A stretch of DNA of 64,000 nucleotides from Marsupella aquatica (lineage: Eukaryota > Plantae > Marchantiophyta): the NCBI GenBank assembly GCA_973895155.1, contig OZ316899.1:6947241-7011240 (forward strand), read 5' to 3'. Made by a program: the position numbers and the translations under genes. The notes below the pieces were generated by a model. That model was not told the origin of the DNA. It did not search any database and was given only the letters and a program-made list of their open reading frames with translations. The first letter of the stretch is position 1; every line of letters starts with the position of its first letter. Positions 12,401 to 24,443 of this stretch are shown here, in pieces.

Positions 12401-13215
12401 CAATGGGTCTATGGATAGGACCATTTCTAGAAGAGATGAGTGTCAAAACTTAATCAAGGAAGTAGGTTTTCATACTCGGTCTTGCGGTGTGGTTGGGGTT
12501 GCAATCCATGGTTTGAGGATGACTTCACCACATCCTCAACTCTTATACTTCTGCCCAAACAATGTCTGCCACAAGACCAGGGGGCGCAGTCAATTGCCCA
12601 ACTTCCCTTAGTACCCTCGTCTCTAAAAGTTCTTTGAGGGACAGACTTAACTACTCCTGAAATCAGCTTCTTGATTGGCTTGGGTTTTCAGATTGATGGT
12701 CTCTATTACATGGATTGCAAACCAAATGGCAGTGTTGCTCCTCCAGGTCGCGTGGAACTTTGAATTGACGTTAACTCTTTCCCAGAAAAGGTTGATGTAA
12801 ACTATTTGAATAGACGACTGAGGACACGGAATGGGAAGGGTGCTCGTCAACGTTTCAACTTCACTGCAAAACTTGTTAAAAGGATTCAGTCTGCAAATGA
12901 AGAGCAAATGAGGATTGTGGCTTGTGAAAAGATCATCCAAGGTAACGGATGGGGAAGACAGTTTTTGATTGCGACGCATGAAAACAACCCTAGTAAATCT
13001 AGTAAATATTGGATTCAGTTGTGCATCTTCCCATGTTGCTCCTGTGAGGATTTCTATAAGCGGCATTCGCATGGAAAGCCTTACATGTCTTGCAAACATA
13101 TCCTTTGGGTTTACATGTTTACCATTTGAACCTAGAGACTTCGGATGTAGTCAAGCAGCCTATTTTAATTGTCGCTGAAGTTTCCGATCTGATCCAAAGG
13201 GGAGTTGAGGTTTGA
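9468..13215 (+). pseudogene. MULE-type DDE transposase with N-terminal GCM-like Zn domain and C-terminal SWIM finger
   Basis: DGYPW..KVRCSGVVQC..C..HMGVHDHP; WVSFDVMH, GFMADNAEAGWIAVRNVF, AFHFSQSL, AKSVHGS (third catalytic E apparently changed to K); CSCEDF...CKHILWV; probable intron 11504-11622; frameshift in the A-run near 10540 and TGA at 10865-10867. Confidence 0.8.
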
Positions 13216-13972
13216 TATTATCCACTTTAGAGTGAGGTTTGGTTTTAATAAGGTTTTCATTGGTTTTAAATATATATGTAAGTACCATTGGGAGTAGATT
13301 TTTTTGTGTGTTGTTAGGGAGAGATGATATTTACACTCCATATGAAGTGCCCTTTAATTTATTTATAAAACACCATTCGATATTGGTTCATCAGTTTTGC
13401 TAGCGAGGTCGCTAGCTATATTTTTGAAAAGTTTTGTAGGTTCATGATTTGGACCCTGGTTTGTTACTCATTGAGAAAACTATCAGTGACACAGTCACAT
13501 ACCCTGATAAGGTCGGATATCATGTCTTTACAGACTTGGTTTTTTTTACAGTTGGCAACTCTCCCTGAAATCACTGCCAACCTTTTATGTTGGTTATGGT
13601 GCCAATTTTGTGTGTTTATCTGAGATACTGATGACTCCCAATCTCCAGGCCCATCATTTAAATTGCAAGTAAAACTCCTTGCCAAGTGCTTTGGTGATGA
13701 TCTTTATATCTATTTTGGATTGTCCAGTTTGTTTAAAAAAAATATTATATTGACATACTTCACTCCAAAGGTTTCTTAAACAAACATTAGTCATTCAAAT
13801 ATGAACAAACTGTTGGATGGGTTTTTGCTAGCGAGGCTTGCTGTTACTAGCGGCCAACAAGTCCAAACTTTGGTTTGAGCAAAAAATCACACATTTCAAG
13901 GAATTTTTTACTCGTAACAACAAAAAATTTACTGTTACGAGCAAATTTTTTCCTGTTTCCTCGCATGGTAGT

Positions 13973-16900
13973 CATACCCCTGTATAACTAACCAAGAGCT
14001 TCTTCTACTACTTGATCCCGGCCCTGCTGGTGCACTAAAAATTTGCTAAAGAAGAAGGCCCTGAACTCCCCGCTGCCTAGGTACTTATCCTGGCAGTGGA
14101 TCCTCCTAATTCCTTGCAGCCTAAGCCTAATCTACCTATGTACAGCAAGGCAAGAACACAAGTGTTGCTCTTACCAGCGGATCCGCAATCCCACTAATCT
14201 AAGTGTCAGGGCCGCCTCTTGGTCGTGATCCTAATTCTAAACTTGGAGATTTGCGCCCGCCCTGCCCACTCACGCCTCCTCCCTCCATGTCCGCCCTCCT
14301 TAAAAGGATCGGCCCTCCACCACCGTCATGGTAGCGGTGGCTGATCCTCAATGGACGCCCCCAATGCTTCCTCCGTAGCCATTGTCATAGGTTTGTCTTC
14401 TAACAGATTACCTGCCCCAGACCAAGTCAACTCTCCAGCGGCCTGACGGGGTCCACCCTTGGCTTTGGCCTCAGATCCGGCTACGGCCTCCCCGACCTGC
14501 TCTAGTGATGGATTCGCTACCCCGGCTTCATCAATGATCGTCCCGGCCTCGGCCTTGCCATCCCCGCCTTCTAGGATAGTTGGATCCTTTGCCGTGACCT
14601 TGCCTAAGGCTGGTGCCGTGTTCTCCTCCTTGGTCACGATGGCTTGAGAAGCCGCGTTGCTCCCTGACCCGGAAGGTTTCCGCTTCTTCTTCTTCCCTTG
14701 CTTGGCAGTTGGTCCCTTCCCCTTGCCACTTACCACAAGCCGCGGCACCGGTGCAAGTGCCGCGGTTTGTCCCTAGGCCAGTACTACCCCTGGCAACTTT
14801 GTTGCCACAATTGGAGTTTGAATTGATGAGGCCAAGCACTTAAATATTGCGGCTTGTTTCTTCACCCGCTTTGTTTGGTTGTCGGCTCGCCGTTGTAAGT
14901 TCTCCAGCTTCCGCGTGCTTTCCTCCAACTCCTGTTGCATTTTGTCCAGGTCCCTGCGTGCCTTCTCTAGCTCCTTTTGCACTTCCTCCAATTCCTTTTG
15001 CAAGGCAACCCTCTCTTCCTGGGTTGCTCTCAGCTCCTTGTTGAGCTCTCGGACGACCTCAAACTCCATCTGGTTCATCTTGGCATATGTATGATCGAGC
15101 ATGTTGTCCTTCTCACGCAGGTCAACCTTGAACCTGGCTGTCAGGGATGCAAGCTCTTGCTGTAGCACAATAATCCCTTGATAGGATTTCCCTAACTTGG
15201 CCTCCTTCTGCTCAAGGGCTCCGTGGAGATCCTCGAGCTCCCCCTTCAGCGAACTCTCCTTCCCCTGTGTCTCCGCCATGGCCCGATTGTTGGTTGCTAT
15301 GTGGGCCTCCTCTGCGTCCTTCAACTCCCGCTTCCATTTCTCCTTTTCCTTGACTGCGTCGGCCAACTCCCCTTGGGTCCGAGTCAGTTTATCCTTGATA
15401 ATCTGATTATCAAACTGAGCGATATGCAGTTGCCCTTGCATGATGTTGAGCTCATGCCGCTTAATCCATAGCTCATCTTGGGCTTTCTTGGCCGCCTTCA
15501 GGTCCTCTGCCTTGGCTTCCTTCTCCCTAAGCCGTCGGATGACCTTGTCCTTCTTCATCCTTTCCAAAGCCACCGCTTCCTCCAATCGGCTTTTTCCAAC
15601 ATCTCCCTATGGAAAAAGGGTTCCTACTCCAACTCCTTGCCAAAGATGTTGAGCGCAAGTTCCCCACACATCACCCACCGCGGCCTTTGTTCCCAAGCCG
15701 CCTTCCGGATCTCTTCTATCGTGATTGGAGGGCTGCTTCTTCTTTCTGCAAGCTACCGGATGTCCTTTGGCCATTCTCCCCCAGGTAAATCCTTCTCCTT
15801 GGCCAGGGGTGCCTCCTCTGCTTCCCTGAGTCACTCCTGAAACTCCTGTGCCGTCTGTTTTATCCCGTCGAATCTCGGGGGAGCGACATCTGGTGGGGGA
15901 GACTCGGGGCTGCTCTACTGGTTGGGGTCCCCTCAAACTACTCTAGGAAACGTGGGGATGAAACGGCCACAGGTCCTTACTCCTGGGATATGGTGGTCCA
16001 ACCCATAGCCGGAGTCGTCATTGTCGTAGTCCTCCACCACCTCCTCCCCGGCTTGGACTACCGGCTCCCCCCATTCTTCTCTTGATCTTGCTGCAAACGC
16101 AGCCTCTTGCCAAACACAGCTCACGGGTCCTGGTTCCTCCTCCGGCTTCCAGGCTGTCCTCTCCTTCTGTTTATAGCAACTAGGAGCTTTGGGTTGATCT
16201 CCCTCGGCTTCTGGACTTGCGGCTCCCACATACATCCGAACCCCCAACTCGTGTTCCGGCCTCCTTCTTTCCTTGGCTCCGGTAAAGGGGTTTTCCCTTG
16301 TGAGTCCGCTTAGGCCTACCTCTTGAGCAGTGTCCTATATCGGTGCCGTTGCCGTCGTAGCCTTCTTTTCCTTCTCCAGCAATTTCAGTAGATTCTGCAT
16401 GCCTGGTTGCTGCATCGGCAAGTTTTCCGTCCTTGGCCTAAACACTTGCTTGATCATAGGACTGCCGGGATGGTTGGGTTTCTCTGCTGCCAGCCTCTGG
16501 TCTAGAACCTCCTTGGGTGCCCTTGCCTGCAGGGGAAGTACTGGGGCAAAGATCTGACTCCGGGCATACCGGCACAACAACGGCATGTGATAGCCAAGTC
16601 GGAATACGCTTCCCTGGCCGATCACCTGTTGTTCCTCCTTCAAGATCTTCTTGAGTTGGGTGAGGAGGTACCCGTTGTAGTCCCGGCTTGGGTCTGGCCT
16701 CTCCGCCAGGTAGACTTGTGCCTTGCCGATCTTTGGCCTTGCAGTGCATGGTTACCCGCAAGAAATTGATCATCTCCCCAATATGCGAGTTGGTGCAGGT
16801 GTTCCGGAAGAAGCCATTCTTTGTTGATGGCCCTGGGAACAATCGGAACTCCTTGTCTGGCAAGGTCTTCCGGGTATCTACTTTGGTCTTATTGCCCATT

Positions 16901-18070
16901 AGCAAGCCAAATACTCCAGTAATCACCTGGGGAGTGAGATAGAAATCCTTCCCATACACCCTTGTGGAATTTGTCTCGGGATCCCATGATCCCACAAATT
17001 CTAATAAGTCAGAATCCGGCACCTCCGGCTTCAGCCACGGTAATTTCACAAAGGCTTCCAAGCCGGATCCGGCCATAAAGCCCTGGTACTTCCAAGTCTG
17101 CATAGCTGTAAAGCATGCATCCTCCTCTCGTGCAAAGTATAATTGCACTTCCTTTGGGAGGGTCGACGCCCAGCCCCTCCAGGTGTCATCCCTCATTGGA
17201 ACGACATTGATAGGGTTGACCTCCTCTTCTTCGGCTTCTCCCTGCCTCCTCCTCCCCTACTCGGCTGGCTTCCTTGGTGCCGCCGACCTTGTTCTCTTTG
17301 TAGGGGTGGCGTCTTTGTTGTTGGCCCCTTTCCTCTTCATGGCGGCTGCTGTGGATGTTTCTCCTAGCACGGTTGCCTTTGTCCACACCTCCGTGCTACC
17401 CTTCAGCTCCCAGTGAATGTCGTTGCAGCGGTTGATGGCTTCCCGGATGCCGACGATTCTATTCTCACAAAACAAAAGGTCATCGAGCTGATTGGCAATA
17501 GGAGTCCACAAGAACTTGGCCTTGATAAGTTCTCCTCCTAGGAAGGCAGACTTTTGCAGTTCCCATAGTTGAGCGAGCTCCTACCGTTCTTGAGCTGCCC
17601 TTTCCAATTCTTCATCCTTGTAGGTCCCAATGTACTCAGTTGCCTGTTCAAATAGGCATCCCCATAAATGAGCAGCTTGATTGACATTGCTCATACCCTC
17701 CTTGAGTTGATAGTCGTTATCTGCTCCCGCCTAGAGTGCTTGCCTAAGCAGCTGACAGTAGTTGGCTTCTCGTAATTGTCTGCTTAGTTTGTGCTCGCAA
17801 ATGAGCCGCCATTCCTTGTGATCGGTCCTTACCCCCCCTTTGCCTGGTCTTCCTTCCCATTGGTTACCCATAGCTACCGGCACTTAGCGCGCCCTAACCC
17901 TAATTGTATTCTCTGCTCTGGCGCCCTTACTTCCGGCCTCGGCTCGGGTTCCATAGTCACCCTTAATTGTTTATATTTTCCTTGTTTTGTTACTATACTA
18001 ATGTGTTTTCAGGGTACACTCTCGGTTTTACTATTTTAACTGGCCTAGTGATTCCTGGCTAGGCATCACA
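13973..18070 (-). mobile_element. Large LTR-like unit (family B) carrying a decayed coiled-coil ORF; left end probably truncated
   Basis: Minus-strand terminus TGTGATGCCTAGCCAGGAATCACTAGGCC at 18070 matches the start of the copy at 42242; collinear with 42242-44857; no TSD found. Confidence 0.65.
14326..17954 (-). pseudogene. Retroelement accessory ORF (plant-transposon-protein-like domain plus long coiled coil)
   Basis: Fragments 17257-17511, 16438-17196, 16335-16643, 14773-15585, 14326-14748 align with 42357-44857; motif GLEAFVKLPW..LLEFVGSWD..VFGL; heptad-rich C-terminus. Confidence 0.6.
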
Positions 18071-18184
18071 CTTTGGCTTTCCGGTTGCACTCTCCACAAA
18101 AATCCGGACATGCTCCAACTCTGCTGATGCCGTCCACTTCAAACTTGATGTCACGCCTGGTAGACTTCCTCTGCTTTCTGGTCT

Positions 18185-19051
18185 CTAGACAACAGGTTCT
18201 GGATCTTCAATAGGATCCGGTTCCGGACTCTGAACTAACCTCTTCCGGGTCCTAGGGGGTCGGACTTCAACAATAGGTTCTTCTTTTGACTCAGTCCCCT
18301 CAGATGGTTGTCGATCCGGATCTTTGAGTTGAGCCAACATGGTTTGGTTCTCGTATTCCTCTGCCTCTTCATCTATCAGAATCCAGTCCATGGAGTACAA
18401 GTTTTCTAGGTAGCACGAAAGGGAGGTGGGAGTCTTCAAGTGAAGATTTCGGACTTCCTTAGCAATGACTTCCTCCAACACCTTTGCCCAAGAAATCTTC
18501 TTCTCCCCCACGTAGGAAGCAGCAATTGTATTGCCAATCCGGATTGTCATTTGATGAGGTTTGGTAGGGGATAGAATGGGTAATAGGAAGGCTAGGACAT
18601 CAAAGAACTCCTCATTCAGGCATTGAGACATCTTCCAGCCATCCTTTGGATCAACCTCACCATCAAAATAATTGTCAGCGTAATTCTCCTTTGAAGTCAG
18701 AAAACTCCCTCCCTTCAATGGCACATCTAGCAAAGAGGAGATGACAGTCGCAGTCCACTTTTTCGGATTTCCTTTGATAGAATCCGGAAAATCCAAAGCA
18801 AGGGTGGCACGATTCCGTACCTCCTTCACAAACACTGCACTATGATATCCCCATGGCAACTCCATCAACTTTGCGCAGCCCATGGCCTCAAGGTTGTTTT
18901 GTAAACGGTCCTTCCTTTCCGGATCCATAGGAATCTCCGGACACAGTGGCTTCTTGTTAACAATGTCTGTTTGCTCCTTAGTCGTCCGCTTTGGAAGCGT
19001 CTGGATTCCAGATTTGTTTGGGGCAAAATCCGGATCCTTTCTCTTCACCAT
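18185..19051 (-). pseudogene. Retroelement accessory ORF, distant homolog of the LTR-borne ORFs
   Basis: MGCAKLMELPW...PKDGW..QC..VLAFLLPIL.P.KP...IGNTI...ISW parallels the LPW...NGF..TC..FL pattern in the ORFs at 25334 and 42801; interrupted downstream by the unit ending at 18070. Confidence 0.5.
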
Positions 19052-19213
19052 GATGAATGAGGGAGAGAAAGAAACCAAATTAAAATCCCTTCACAAAATT
19101 CCGGAAATCTCAAATCCGGAAATTGGAATCAAATTGTCACTTCCCCACTCAATCGAACGATCACCCACTTCCCCCGTAACCAGTTCCTCACGACTAATGC
19201 CTTGAATCAACAT

Positions 19214-22200
19214 TGTCACATAGACTTTGTACCCATATCGTTTGGTCAGTAATTTGTGTGTAAGTCCTCTACGTGTTACAGGTCCAAAAGGCAGTTGTAG
19301 TTTGAGCTTAGGGCAGTAGAACTATGTGGGATTTGATAGGTTCTTATGTTTGATCGAAAGTGTTCGAGGTAGCGCTCGATGTTCAGGTCGCTTTTGTTGT
19401 TGTGTTTGCGGTTATGAAGTCGTGAGTTGCTGCATTTTGGGATGGTTGTTCTTGATGATGGCGGGCGCTTCTCTTCTCGGCGTTGAGTTTGGTGATTAGT
19501 TTGGTGAAGTACTTGCGCGTCAAATGAGTTGTGGTAATGTTGGACTCTTTTTGCTTTGTAGGTGTGAATGTGTGCGTTCTGCTCCCCCTGATGTGGTATC
19601 TGCTGGTTGCTCCTTCATGCATCGTTATCTTGATCATTGTGTAGCTGTAAGGTTCACTTTTATTCTCCCCTTGGGCAGGAGACAAGTAGGTCGGAAGTAG
19701 TCCGAAGGGTGTTAGTCTTGCAATGCAGCTAAGTTGCGCAATCCTATAGAGAATGTATGTTGTCTGTGTAGTATAGGGGGAAGTGATTTCGTAAATAAAT
19801 CTGCAATGTTTTGTATAGTACAGGGGGAAGTGATTTCGTAAACAAATCTGCAATGTTTTGTGAGCTTTGTATCCATTTAACTGCAATGCTATTGCCTTGC
19901 TGTTCATGCGTAAAGAAAAACTTGGGGGCAATGTGTTTGGTTCGATCTCCCTTGATGAAGCCTGCTTGAATTTGTTCAAGGCAGGCTCTATTATCTTCGT
20001 GAATTTCTGTTGGTGTTGACAATGTAGGTATGCCCGTGTTCTCATGGATGTGATTGATGATGTTGTGTACCAAATGCACTCCCTGCTTGATTTGTAGAGA
20101 GCTATGATTTCCGAGTGATTTGACAATGTAGTTGTTAGTGTTTGCTTGCAACTTCGCCATGAGATTGCGGTCTGGCCCATCATGAAGACCCTCCCGGTCT
20201 GAGACTTTGTATCCTCTGGGTTTGAAAGGTAACCTGCATTAGCATATCCTGTAAGTGAGTAATTAGTATTGGATGGGTAAAACAGTCCCAGATCCGTGGT
20301 ACCCACAAGGTAGCGGAAAATGCGCTTTATCCCATTCCAATGCCGAATAGTCGGCTTGGCACTGTGGCGATCGAGCCAATAGGTTGACTGCAAAGGCGAT
20401 ATCGGGCCTTGTCTTGTTCAAAAGGAACATCAGGACACCTATAGCAGATAGGTATGGTTTCTCTAGGCCAAGCAGTGGCTCCATCCTGTTTCTCTTCCGG
20501 AAGATATCCTTTTCTTTGTCAAGTGAGCGGATGTCCATGGGGGATCTGACTGCAGTGGCCTTGTCCATGTTGAATTGCTTCAGGATTTTCTTGATGTACG
20601 TGGACTGATGCAGGAAAATGCCATTGTGCAGGTGCTCAAATTGTAGGCCTAGGCAGAAAGAAGTCTGCCCTAGGTCGCACATCTCGAAAGCCTGTTTCAG
20701 GAGTATGATAGTTTCAGCCATAATTTTTCTTGTTCCGAACAGGTTCAGGTCGTCCACGTAGATGGCTACTATAATAAATTTTTTGTTTTCCCATTTCGGA
20801 AATAAGCACGGTGCAATGTTGGCATTTGTAAATCCCATTGCCAGCATTTCCGACTTAAAGCATTTATACCATGTCAGTCCACTTTGCTTAAGGCCATATA
20901 GGGATCTTAACACCTGTATTGCAAATCGAGTTCTTTGGGTGGTGTCCCTTTGATGTTGGATAGGATCTGCTAGTGCTATCTTTGCTGCAGTCTTGTGGAG
21001 TATCGCTGAATTTGTATGCTCAAATGTTTCCGCCTGGTTGTGAACTCCAGCTTTATGTGTTTGTTTCCCTTTGTTGTGATACTCAACTTGTTTCACCAGT
21101 TCTGGTGGAGCTTCCATGTATATGACTTTGTCTAAGTGTCCATATAGGTAGGCTGTTACAATATCCATTTGGTGCATGGATAAGTTGTGGCGTTGTGAGA
21201 ATGTGATAAGGTACCGGTAAGTGATGACATCCATCACCAGCGAGTATGTTAAGTCGTAGTCCCTGTCGGGGACTTGTGTAAATCCCCTGGCCACCAGTCT
21301 TGCCTTGTGTCTGGTTACTTCAACTTTTGCATTTCTTTTCTTGACGAGGGTCCATTTATAGCCTGTGAGATGCACTACAGGTTCTGCTATTGTAATTGGT
21401 CCGAATACCTGGCGGCCTATCAATGAGTCCAGTTCTAAATGAATGGCCTGTTCCCATTCAAGCCAATCAGGTTGAGCCTCAACTTCTTTAATTGTGTGTG
21501 GATCCGGCAGTTCATCTTTGATCTGTTGTGCTATGTGAAAGGCAAATTATTTGTCTATTGTGGTATGCTCTCTGTCCCATACATGCCCGGTTCTTCCATA
21601 GTTGATTGATATCTCTGCATTGTCTTCTGGTATATGTGGTTGGATTGGAGTTTGGTCTCTGATCAATGTAGTTGGTGCAGATGTTGGGGTGGCTCTGCTT
21701 TGTCTTGGTTGTCTGTCTGCAGATCCAAGTGGGCGGCCTCTCTTTGCTTTCGGGGCAGTTTCAGATGCTGGTGGGGTCTCCATTTGGATTCTAGATGGAG
21801 CATTTGCTGCTGGAATGTGGGAGCGGGTTACTTGGGCGGCATCCGTAAAGGAGTCGAGTAGGTTTTCTACCATCCTAGCCATGTGTATGATCCGTTGTAC
21901 TTTGGTGTCTGCATGGCTGTCCCATGGGTCATTCCACAATTCAACATCGTTTTGCCAAGTAAGTTGGGTGTTTTTCTCTGTGTCTAGTTGTTGTTTCGTT
22001 TGTAGGCTGGGAAAAATCTCCTCGTAGAAGTGGCAATTTGAAAAACGTGCTTTGAATACATCAGATGTAGTAGGCTCCATATATCTGATTATGGAAGTTG
22101 AGTCGAAGCCGATGTATATTCCTGCGTGTCTTTGGGGCCCCATCTTGGTTCTCTTTGGTCCCAAGATGGGTACCATGACTTTGCAGCCAAACGTTCTCAG

Positions 22201-24215
22201 GTGAGAGACATTTGGTATACTCCCAAATGCTAAGTGGTAGGGGGTGGTCGAGTTAAAGGATGATGGTCTGTAACTTAATAGGGCAGCAGAGTGGAGAATG
22301 GCATGGCCCCAAGCAGCTGTTGGTAAGTTTGTCTGCATTAGTAGGGGTCTGGCAATCAGCTGCAGTTGTTTGATCAAGGATTTGGCTATTCCATTTTGAA
22401 AATGGACATGGGATACGGGGTATTGGACATCAATATATGCCTGTGGCCTGGCAAAAATCTTTGAACATCTTAGAGGTAAATTTGCCAACGTTATCTACTC
22501 TCAGTGTTTTAATTTGGTTTTCAGGGAATTGAGCTCTCAATTTTAGTATGTGGGCAAGGAGTCTGGAGAATACCAGGTTTTGCGTGGATAGTAAGGATAT
22601 CTGACTCCATTTTGTTGATGCATCTATGGTTGCCAGAAAGAATCAGAATGGGCCGTAGGGGGATCAATCGGTCCGCATACATCAGCGTGTATGCGCTCCA
22701 GGAAGCATGGGATTTGGTGTTCAGTTTTTGGTGGCGAGGGCCGGATTATTAGTTTGCCCTGTGAGCAAGCTAAACAAGGGGCTTTCATGGATGTAAGGTG
22801 TACCATTTCCGGTATACCTTGTGTTTCTCTGATGAGCTTTTGAAACATTGTCATTCCGGGGTGGCCAAGTCTCCTATGCCAGATCTTGGTAAGTGTGCCT
22901 TGGGGTGCTTCAATGTGGAAGTTGTGAATTTTGGTGGTATAACAACCAGGGGGTGATGCACTTAGGATCTCTCTGATCTTGGTGTTTGGTAGTTCCCCCG
23001 AGGTAATGTACAAAACCTCCCGTCCATCTTGGGTGCCCGTCTTGATGTGTAGCTTGTTAGCACGGATGTCCCCAAAGCTGAGTAAGATCCTGGTTGCCTT
23101 TGGAGCATATGGCAGACTTCACCTGAATTGACGTGTCGCGGGGTAGGGTGACCAATGCTGGTCCAAATCCCTCTTACAATTGATGCTGGCCCATAATAGT
23201 CATAAGTTTTCTTTGTGATGGTATAATCTGCTTAAAGTATTCCTTATGCTTGAAAATGGAATGCGATGTACCACTGTCGACTATGCATTAGGAAAGATTT
23301 TCTTTTATGATAGAGTCGTTTCTTGATATAGTCATGTTTATAGATGGTATTAGATCAGTGGATTCTAGGAAAGTCCTGTATGTCTAGTTGTACAAGGTGT
23401 GCAGGGGCACGACAGAATTTCTGAATGTGGCCCTTAGTGCCGCAACGAAAGCATATAGAGGGGTTTTCGTATTTATCTCTTGGAGCGCTTTGCTGTTGAG
23501 TTGTCCTCGCTCGGGGTTGAGAATTGTCTCGTTGCCCATTGTTTCTGAAGTTGTATCCATTGTTTTGGTATCTTCCCCTAGATCTGCCTCTGAAGGAGGT
23601 GTTTCTGCCCCCACGTCCTCTGAATGAGCTTCCTCGACCTCTATTTGTGTTTCTCCCCCTGAAACTGCCTCGGTCACGGTAAGTTGATCCCTCTCCCATT
23701 TGAGTTGTCACATAATGAGATTCTGTATTTGTGACTGGGGGGAGGGTGTCGGGAGGTCGTTTCGGGGAGTTTTGTAATAGCAATAGTTGATGCTTCTCAG
23801 CCAGGAGCATATGTGCCATCAATTCGGAGTATTTGGTGAATCGCATATTGCGGTATTGGGTGGAGAGGATGAGATTGGTGGAGTGGAGGGTGGATAGCAT
23901 TTTCTCAATCTGTTCTTCATCATTTATAGGTTGACCACATATGGCCAGTTGTGATACTATCCAGAATAATTTGCAGTTGTAGTCCGCAATTGTCTTATGG
24001 TCTTGGACTCTAAGATTGATCCAATCGTGTCTGGCTGCTGGCAAGTATATGGTGCAAGTGTGGTCAAAGCAGGATTGGAGTTCTTCCCAGAGGATCCTTG
24101 GATTGTATTTGTTCATGTACTATTGCTTCAAGGAGTCACTCAAATGGTGTCTAATTAGTATCAATGCCTGCGCCTTTTGCTAAAGAGTTAGGCCATTGTC
24201 AGTTATTACCGTATC
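19214..24215 (-). mobile_element. Degenerate Bianca-like Ty1/copia (gag to RNase H), 5' end cut by the CACTA insertion; left boundary approximate
   Basis: Fragments 23355-24116, 22624-23013, 21547-22488, 20263-21423 and 19744-20393 are collinear with the 3145-7749 polyprotein; many stops and frameshifts; LTR not resolved. Confidence 0.9.
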
Positions 24216-24443
24216 CACTACTACATATTTGCCAATTTTGCGAAGGCATTTTACAAGAGGAAGAAATCTTTGCAAGATTAATCTCATCGCTAAACTTGCA
24301 ATACGATACGCAAGGCACTTAGCAATCTATTTACATCGCAACACATAATTGCGAAACTTAGACGATTGCAACATTTTACGACACTTCACGTATTGCAAAA
24401 CATTTCCGAAGTAATTATCATTGAACAATTTAGCGATCTTTAC

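Larger units (their letters stand above)
1..13972. mobile_element. Mutator-like (MULE) DNA transposon, copy 1, with two divergent genes (ParB-like/MTase-like cargo on -, transposase on +); left end outside the window, right end approximate
   Basis: Same head-to-head gene pair recurs inverted at 50063-57282; shared 18-bp palindromes through 8673-13416; unrelated LTR-type sequence starts near 13973. Confidence 0.75.

Noticed and set aside
13911-13972. Helitron 3' end (hairpin followed by ..TAGT)
   Set aside because: No CTRR terminus, the loop is long, no Rep/helicase is present, and the adjacent gene is a DDE/SWIM transposase.
19770-19860. Tandem duplication of about 48 bp at the end of copia 2 RNase H
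   Set aside because: Local decay event in a dead element; no sign of function.
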